The notes beneath the pieces are model-generated. The model did not search any database and was not told the origin of the DNA. It worked only from the letters and a program-made list of their open reading frames with translations. Below are positions 59,153 to 64,000 of a DNA stretch of 64,000 bases, one piece after another. The stretch spans positions 40,268-104,267 of the forward strand of contig NZ_DASWXC010000013.1 in the NCBI RefSeq assembly GCF_036405735.1, in the 5' to 3' direction. The position numbers and the translations under genes are program-made. The first letter of the stretch is position 1. Each line of letters opens with the position of its first letter. Source of the DNA: Nocardioides sp. (lineage in GTDB: Bacteria > Actinomycetota > Actinomycetes > Propionibacteriales > Nocardioidaceae).

Positions 59153-59995
59153 GTGCCTGCGTCGAGCCCCCAGTCGTCGAGCCCTGAGTCGCCGAGCCCT
59201 GAGTCGTCCAGCCCCGCCCTCCACATCGTCGAGCGCGGGGAGTCCGGCAGCCGGGTGGTCTTCCTGCACGGCCTGTTCGGCCAGGGCCGCAACTGGAGCA
59301 CGATCGGCAAGGAGCTGGCCGCCGACCACCGGGTCACGCTGGTCGACCTGCCCGACCACGGACGCTCGCCGTGGACCGACAGGATCGACTACGTCGACAT
59401 GGCCCAGCGCGTGGCCGAGGTGCTGCCGGGGCCGGCGACGGTGGTCGGCCACTCGATGGGCGGCAAGGTCGCCATGGTGCTCGCGCTGACCCGGCCGGAC
59501 CTGGTGGAGCGACTGGTCGTGGCCGACATGTCCCCGGTCGACTACGGCGACGAGGCCGACGCGACCGGGGGAGTGCTCGGCTACGCGCGCATCCTGCTCG
59601 GCCTGGACCTGACCGACGTCCGGACCCGGGAGGACGCCGACCGGGTGCTCGCCGAGCAGGTGCCCGAGCGCACGATCCGGTCCTTCCTGCTGCAGAACCT
59701 GCACCGCGACGGTGACGGCTGGCGTTGGGCCGCGAACCTCGAGCACATCGTGCGCGACGGCGCGACGCTCGCGGCGTGGCCCGAGGAGGCGCTGCGCGAG
59801 ACCACTCCGTACGACGGCCCGGTGCTGTGGCTGGGGGGAGAGCGCTCGGGCTACGTGCGCGACGAGTTCGCGCCGGCGATGCGACGCTGGTTCCCGCGCT
59901 ATCGCAAGGTCGTCATCAACGACGCCGGCCACTGGCTGCACTCCGAGCAGCCGGAGGTCTTCGTCTCGGTGCTACGCCGCTTCCTCGCCGGGTGA
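59153..59995 (+). CDS. Alpha/beta hydrolase (YbfF/esterase-like)
   Basis: VVFLHGLFGQGRNW, VGHSMGGKVAM (GxSxG) and DAGHWLH. TAGTCT at 59140-59145 is 7 nt before GTG 59153. Confidence 0.8.
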   Translation: MPASSPQSSSPESPSPESSSPALHIVERGESGSRVVFLHGLFGQGRNWSTIGKELAADHRVTLVDLPDHGRSPWTDRIDYVDMAQRVAEVLPGPATVVGHSMGGKVAMVLALTRPDLVERLVVADMSPVDYGDEADATGGVLGYARILLGLDLTDVRTREDADRVLAEQVPERTIRSFLLQNLHRDGDGWRWAANLEHIVRDGATLAAWPEEALRETTPYDGPVLWLGGERSGYVRDEFAPAMRRWFPRYRKVVINDAGHWLHSEQPEVFVSVLRRFLAG

Positions 59996-59998
59996 TCC

Positions 59999-60556
59999 TC
60001 AGGGGACCGACACGTCACCCGACTGGCGGGCGCGGTAGGCCGCGACCGCGTTGCGGTTGCCGCAGGCCGTCGAGCAGAACCGCCGGGACCGGTTGCGGGA
60101 GAGGTCGAGCACGATGCCCTCGCAGTCGTCGTCGGCACACACGCCGAGCCGGGAGTGCTCGTCCTCCCGGATGACGTCGATCATCGCCATCGCGGTCTCC
60201 ACCGCTATCCGGACGGCGAGCGGGGCGTCGGTGGGGACGGCGTGGACGTGCCAGTCGTAGGGCGGGTGCCGGACCAGCTGCGGCACCGCGCCGGCGTCGG
60301 AGAGGATCCGGTTGACGCTGGCCGCGGCCGTGTCGCGGGGTGCCAGCAGCAGCTCGCGCAGGACCGGCCGCAGTGCCCGGACCTCGTCGAGCTCCGCCGT
60401 CGTGCGGTCGTGCCGGCCGGTGTAGTCGAAGCGCTCGAAGAACGCGTTCAGCTCCGCGACGGTCGTGAGGTCGTCAGCCGGGTGCAGTCGCGGCATGGTG
60501 TTGACCAGCGCAACGGCGGACTGGAGCGCCTGCTCGGCGTCATGAGCGAAAACCAC
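59999..60556 (-). CDS. CGNR zinc-finger (ABATE-domain) protein, putative regulator
   Basis: C-terminal CADDDCEGIVLDLSRNRSRRFCSTACGNRNAV (zf-CGNR). TAACCT (minus strand, 60563-60568) is 6 nt before GTG 60556. Confidence 0.8.
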   Translation of the reverse strand: MVFAHDAEQALQSAVALVNTMPRLHPADDLTTVAELNAFFERFDYTGRHDRTTAELDEVRALRPVLRELLLAPRDTAAASVNRILSDAGAVPQLVRHPPYDWHVHAVPTDAPLAVRIAVETAMAMIDVIREDEHSRLGVCADDDCEGIVLDLSRNRSRRFCSTACGNRNAVAAYRARQSGDVSVP

Positions 60557-60557
60557 G

Positions 60558-60587
60558 TTGACAGGTTACCGCAGCGCGCCATAGTGT
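60558..60587 (+). promoter_or_regulatory. Sigma-70-type promoter TTGACA-N18-TAGTGT for the EamA gene
   Basis: TTGACA at 60558-60563 and TAGTGT at 60582-60587, with ATG 60596 lying 8 nt downstream. It overlaps the divergent CGNR promoter. Confidence 0.55.
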
Positions 60588-60595
60588 CATGAGTC

Positions 60596-61564
60596 ATGAG
60601 CACCGTGACCAATGACGCCTCCGCCGTTCCGCTCGACGGCGTCGCGGGCGGGTCACGTCTAGCGACCGGGCTCACCCTCGCGGTCGCCTCCGCCCTGACC
60701 TTCGGGCTCTCCGGCTCGTTCGCGAGCTCACTGTTCGCGACCGGGTGGAGTGCCGGCTCGGTCGTGCTGGTCCGCGTTGTCCTGGGGGCGCTCGTCGTGC
60801 TGCCCTTCGGTCTGGTCGCGCTGCGCGGCCGCTGGGACGCCGTGCGACGCAACGGTGGACTGCTGCTCGCCTACGGGCTGCTCGCCGTCGCCGGCGCCCA
60901 GTTCTGCTACTTCTCGGCCGTCCAGCTGATGCAGGTGGGCCCGGCCCTGCTCATCGAGTACACCGCGCCGGCGGCCGTCGTCGTGTGGTTCTGGGCGCGG
61001 CACGGTCAGCGCCCGGGCCTGATCACCGTCGTCGGTGCCGCCCTGGCCGCGCTCGGGTTGGTGCTCGTCCTCGACCTGGTCGGGGGCGTCAGCCTGGACC
61101 CGGCCGGCGTGGCGTGGTCGCTGGCGGCGATGGTCGGCGCGGCGACGTACTTCGTCATCAACGGCAACGGCGAGACCGGGCTGCCCCCGATCGCGTTGGC
61201 CGCCGGCGGTCTGGTCGTCGGTGCCCTGGGCCTGGGGCTGCTCGCCGTGGTCGGCCTGCTGCCGCTGCGGGCCTCCACCGCGCCGGTGGAGCTCGCCGGC
61301 GTCGAGCTGGCCTGGTGGGTTCCGCTGCTGCTGCTGGGTGTGGTGACCGCCGGCGTCGCCTACGTCACGGGCGTCGCCGCGGGGCGCCGGCTGGGCTCGC
61401 GACTCTCCTCGTTCGTCGCGCTGCTCGAGGTCGTCGCCGGTGTGGTGTTCGCCTGGGTGCTGCTCGGCGAGCTGCCGCGCACCATCCAGCTGCTGGGCGG
61501 TGTGCTCATCCTGGCCGGCGTGGTCGCCGTGAAGCTGGGGGAGCGCGAGACGGTCGCCGGCTGA
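60596..61564 (+). CDS. EamA/DMT family transporter
   Basis: 322 aa, about 10 TM segments with a duplicated EamA pattern. Confidence 0.8.
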   Translation: MSTVTNDASAVPLDGVAGGSRLATGLTLAVASALTFGLSGSFASSLFATGWSAGSVVLVRVVLGALVVLPFGLVALRGRWDAVRRNGGLLLAYGLLAVAGAQFCYFSAVQLMQVGPALLIEYTAPAAVVVWFWARHGQRPGLITVVGAALAALGLVLVLDLVGGVSLDPAGVAWSLAAMVGAATYFVINGNGETGLPPIALAAGGLVVGALGLGLLAVVGLLPLRASTAPVELAGVELAWWVPLLLLGVVTAGVAYVTGVAAGRRLGSRLSSFVALLEVVAGVVFAWVLLGELPRTIQLLGGVLILAGVVAVKLGERETVAG

Positions 61565-61576
61565 GCCGCCTCGGTC

Positions 61577-62749
61577 CTAGCTCGCGTCCTGCTGGCGGAC
61601 GAACATCTCGCGGACGAGCATCAAGATGGCGGCCGCGGTCGGGATCGCGAGCAGCGCACCGACCACTCCGAGCAGCGAGGCGCCCACGAGCGCGGCGATC
61701 ACCGTGACGGCGCCGGGGATGTCGACGGACTTCGACATCACCCGCGGGTAGATCACGTAGTTCTCGAGCTGCTGGTAGATCAGGTAGAAGATCACGCACG
61801 CGATGCCGATGCGCAGGTCCGTCGCGAACCCGATCGCGCTGACGATGACGGCGCCCAAGGTGGCCCCGATCATCGGGATGACGTCGAGCAGCGCCACCAC
61901 GAACGCCAGCGCGACGGCGTACTCGCTCATCCCCACGATGAAGAGGAAGATCAGCGACGAGACGCCGGCGCACATCGCGACGATGAACGCGCCGGAGACG
62001 TAGCCGCCGATACCGCGGATGACGCGGTCGCCGAGCTTCGTGACCCGGTCGCGGCGCGAGGCCGGCGCCAGCCGGTAGAGCGCGTTCTTGGTGCTCTGCA
62101 TCCCGGCGAGGAAGTAGAGCGTCATCACGGTCACGACGAACGCGTTCGCCAGTGCGCCGATCACGGCGAGGCCGACGCCGAGGGCGCCACCGAACAGGCC
62201 GCTGACGAAGTCACCGTTGGTGACGTAGTCGCGGACCTTCTCGATGATCTGGTACTCCTCGTCGAGCTGCTGGACCCGCCGGTTGCCCTGCAGCGCGTCG
62301 AGCCAGTCCGGGGCGTTGCGCGTGATCGCCGCCACCTGGTCGGTGATCACCGGGACGAACGCGACCAGGAACAGCACCAGTGCGGCGAGCACGCCCACGA
62401 TGACGAGCAGCACGGCGTAGGACCGGCGTACGCCGCGCCGCTCGATCCACTCCACCGACGGGTTGAGCCCGGCGGCGATGAAGAACGCGACCAGCACCTG
62501 CACCAGCACGCCGCTGATGGTCCACAGCACCGAGCCGAGCGCGTAGGCGGTGAGCAGGCCGAGCCCGCCCAGGAAGCCGACGAGGTACGGCGAGGACCGG
62601 GAGAACCGTGGTCCCGGGGTGCCGAGGTCGTCGACCGGGCTGTCGCCCGGGTGGGCCGTCATCGCCGCCTCGTCGGACCCGTCGGGTATGCCGGCCCGGC
62701 CCGGGCGGTCGAGCGTCGGCCCCGATGCCGGCGTCGGCGTGTCGGTCAC
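61577..62749 (-). CDS. AI-2E family transporter (PerM-like)
   Basis: Polytopic membrane protein with LNPSVEWIERRG, LLDVIPMIGATLG and QQLENYVIYPRVM. The start overlaps the upstream stop by 4 nt. Confidence 0.85.
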   Translation of the reverse strand: MTDTPTPASGPTLDRPGRAGIPDGSDEAAMTAHPGDSPVDDLGTPGPRFSRSSPYLVGFLGGLGLLTAYALGSVLWTISGVLVQVLVAFFIAAGLNPSVEWIERRGVRRSYAVLLVIVGVLAALVLFLVAFVPVITDQVAAITRNAPDWLDALQGNRRVQQLDEEYQIIEKVRDYVTNGDFVSGLFGGALGVGLAVIGALANAFVVTVMTLYFLAGMQSTKNALYRLAPASRRDRVTKLGDRVIRGIGGYVSGAFIVAMCAGVSSLIFLFIVGMSEYAVALAFVVALLDVIPMIGATLGAVIVSAIGFATDLRIGIACVIFYLIYQQLENYVIYPRVMSKSVDIPGAVTVIAALVGASLLGVVGALLAIPTAAAILMLVREMFVRQQDAS

Positions 62750-64000
62750 GCGTCAGCCTCGGCGTCGCTCCGCTCGTCCTCGGCCGCCTGGCCGTTCTGG
62801 CCGTTCTGGCCGTGCCGCGCAGGCTTCCCGGAGTTCTTGGGGGCCTTGTCCTGCTGCTGGGGCTTCTCCGGCTTCTGGGCCTTCTCGGGCTGCGACTCCG
62901 GCTCGTCGTCCTTCACGAACCGGGAGACCAGGTCGTTGAGGGAGGCGAGCTGGGCCGTGATCGCGTCGCGGCGCTTGCTCATCCGGTCGACCTCGGCCTT
63001 GATCACCGACAGGGCCCGCTCGGCCTCGGCCGTGCCGGACAGCGCGATCGACTCGGCCTGGTTGCGGGCGGCGGAGACGATCTGCTCGGCCTCGCGCTTG
63101 GCGCGGCTCAGCAGTGACTCCGCCTCGTTCTGCGCGTGCTGGCGGGCCTCGGTGATCTGGTTGTTGGCGGCCCGGGCACGGTCCTCCGCCGCGGCGGCGC
63201 GGCCCTCGGCCTCCTCGACCAGCCGGCGCGTCTCGGCCAGCTTGCTGGAGTGGAAGTCGGTGGCCTCGCGGGCGAGGCGCTCCTTCTCCACCGCGAGCAT
63301 CCGGCGGGCCTCCTGGACCTCGCGGTCGGCGCCGGCGCGGGCCTGCTCGACCTCGCGCTGCGCCTGGGTGCGCATCTCGGTGGTCTCCTGCTCGGCCGCC
63401 AGCCGCAGCTGCTCGGCCTCGCGCTTGGCCGACGCGATCAGGTCGTCGGCCTGGGACCGGGCCAGGGAGCGCTCGTTCTCGGCGTCGGAGATCAGCCGCG
63501 CCCGGTGCTCCTCGAGCTCCTTGAGGTGCTCGGCGCGCAGCGCGTCGCGCTCCTGCTGGGCCTCGAGCCGGATCGCCTTCGCGTCGCGGTTGGCCTGGTC
63601 TCGGATCTCGATGGCGTCGCGCTCGGCGTTGGAACGGATCTCGCTGGCCTCCTCCTCGGCCAGCCGCAGCATGGCGCTCGCGCGGCCGCCCAGCCCGGCG
63701 TACGACGGCGTCTGGCTCTCGCTCAGCTCCTCCGTCGCGGCCTCCAGGCGCCCCTCGAGCTCCGCGATCCGGCGCTGCGCCTCGGCGAGCCGACTGGTGA
63801 CGCCCGCGAGCTCCTGGCTCTGCTGACCCAGCCGGGCGTCGACGGCGGCGCGGTCGTAGCCGCCCTTGCGGACCACCGGCAGGGGTGCGGCCGGCGGCGC
63901 GGCGGGCCGGGGCGGGACCGGCGCGGCACCGGCCGGCGGTGCGGGCGGAGCGGCCGGGCGCGCCACCTGGCGCGTCTTCTCGGCGTTCCCGTCCGTGGCC
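62746..64000 (-). CDS. DivIVA-domain-like long coiled-coil protein (5' end may lie beyond the window)
   Basis: KGGYDRAAVDARL (DivIVA-like N-motif) is followed by about 300 aa of heptad-like charged repeats (AERDAIEIRDQANRDAKAIRLEAQQERD...) and a Gln/Lys/Pro tail. The frame stays open upstream of GTG 63966 to the window edge. Confidence 0.55.
   Translation of the reverse strand, partial: ATDGNAEKTRQVARPAAPPAPPAGAAPVPPRPAAPPAAPLPVVRKGGYDRAAVDARLGQQSQELAGVTSRLAEAQRRIAELEGRLEAATEELSESQTPSYAGLGGRASAMLRLAEEEASEIRSNAERDAIEIRDQANRDAKAIRLEAQQERDALRAEHLKELEEHRARLISDAENERSLARSQADDLIASAKREAEQLRLAAEQETTEMRTQAQREVEQARAGADREVQEARRMLAVEKERLAREATDFHSSKLAETRRLVEEAEGRAAAAEDRARAANNQITEARQHAQNEAESLLSRAKREAEQIVSAARNQAESIALSGTAEAERALSVIKAEVDRMSKRRDAITAQLASLNDLVSRFVKDDEPESQPEKAQKPEKPQQQDKAPKNSGKPARHGQNGQNGQAAEDERSDAEADA

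Overview
High-GC actinobacterial chromosomal core segment with about 70 protein genes and one tRNA. I found no rRNA, CRISPR array, transposase or integrase. All function calls rest on motifs I recognise in the supplied translations and on remembered synteny; no database search was possible.

Gene order mirrors conserved Mycobacterium tuberculosis blocks:
- rsgA-aroA, SRAP, sigH-rshA, pdtaS and whiB1 (Rv3219-Rv3228-like).
- kgd.
- argS-lysA-hom-thrC-thrB-rho-rpmE-prfA-prmC-tsaC-wecA, then atpBEFHAGDC, DUF2550, a PduO-type adenosyltransferase and nucS (Rv1292-Rv1321-like).

Also present are a SigB/F-type sigma and anti-sigma pair, sodN/sodX, malic enzyme, meaA, ferritin, an LCP ligase, several MFS, EamA, LysE and AI-2E transporters, and a WYL regulator.

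I see no obvious multi-gene novel system such as a defence island or biosynthetic cluster. The unexplained signal is mostly regulatory or involves small genes:
1. An IdeR-like iron box and a leaderless promoter drive a 60-aa Cys4, Lys-rich protein directly upstream of ferritin.
2. A 22-bp tandem array of six units fills a whole intergenic region down to a leaderless promoter.
3. GTCAC-N-GTGAC palindromes occupy the promoter of a translationally coupled SRAP and alpha/beta-hydrolase pair next to sigH.
4. Two exact GGGAAT-N17-CGTT (SigH/SigR-type) promoters lie upstream of sigH and rpmE. The sigH arrangement implies two isoforms.
5. Two TGTGA-N6-TCACG (CRP/GlxR-type) sites lie upstream of whiB1 and the atp operon.
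6. A 24-aa bL37 ribosomal protein gene is hidden inside a spurious ORF.
7. About 15 genes have a -10 hexamer 6-8 nt from the start codon, suggesting leaderless transcripts.
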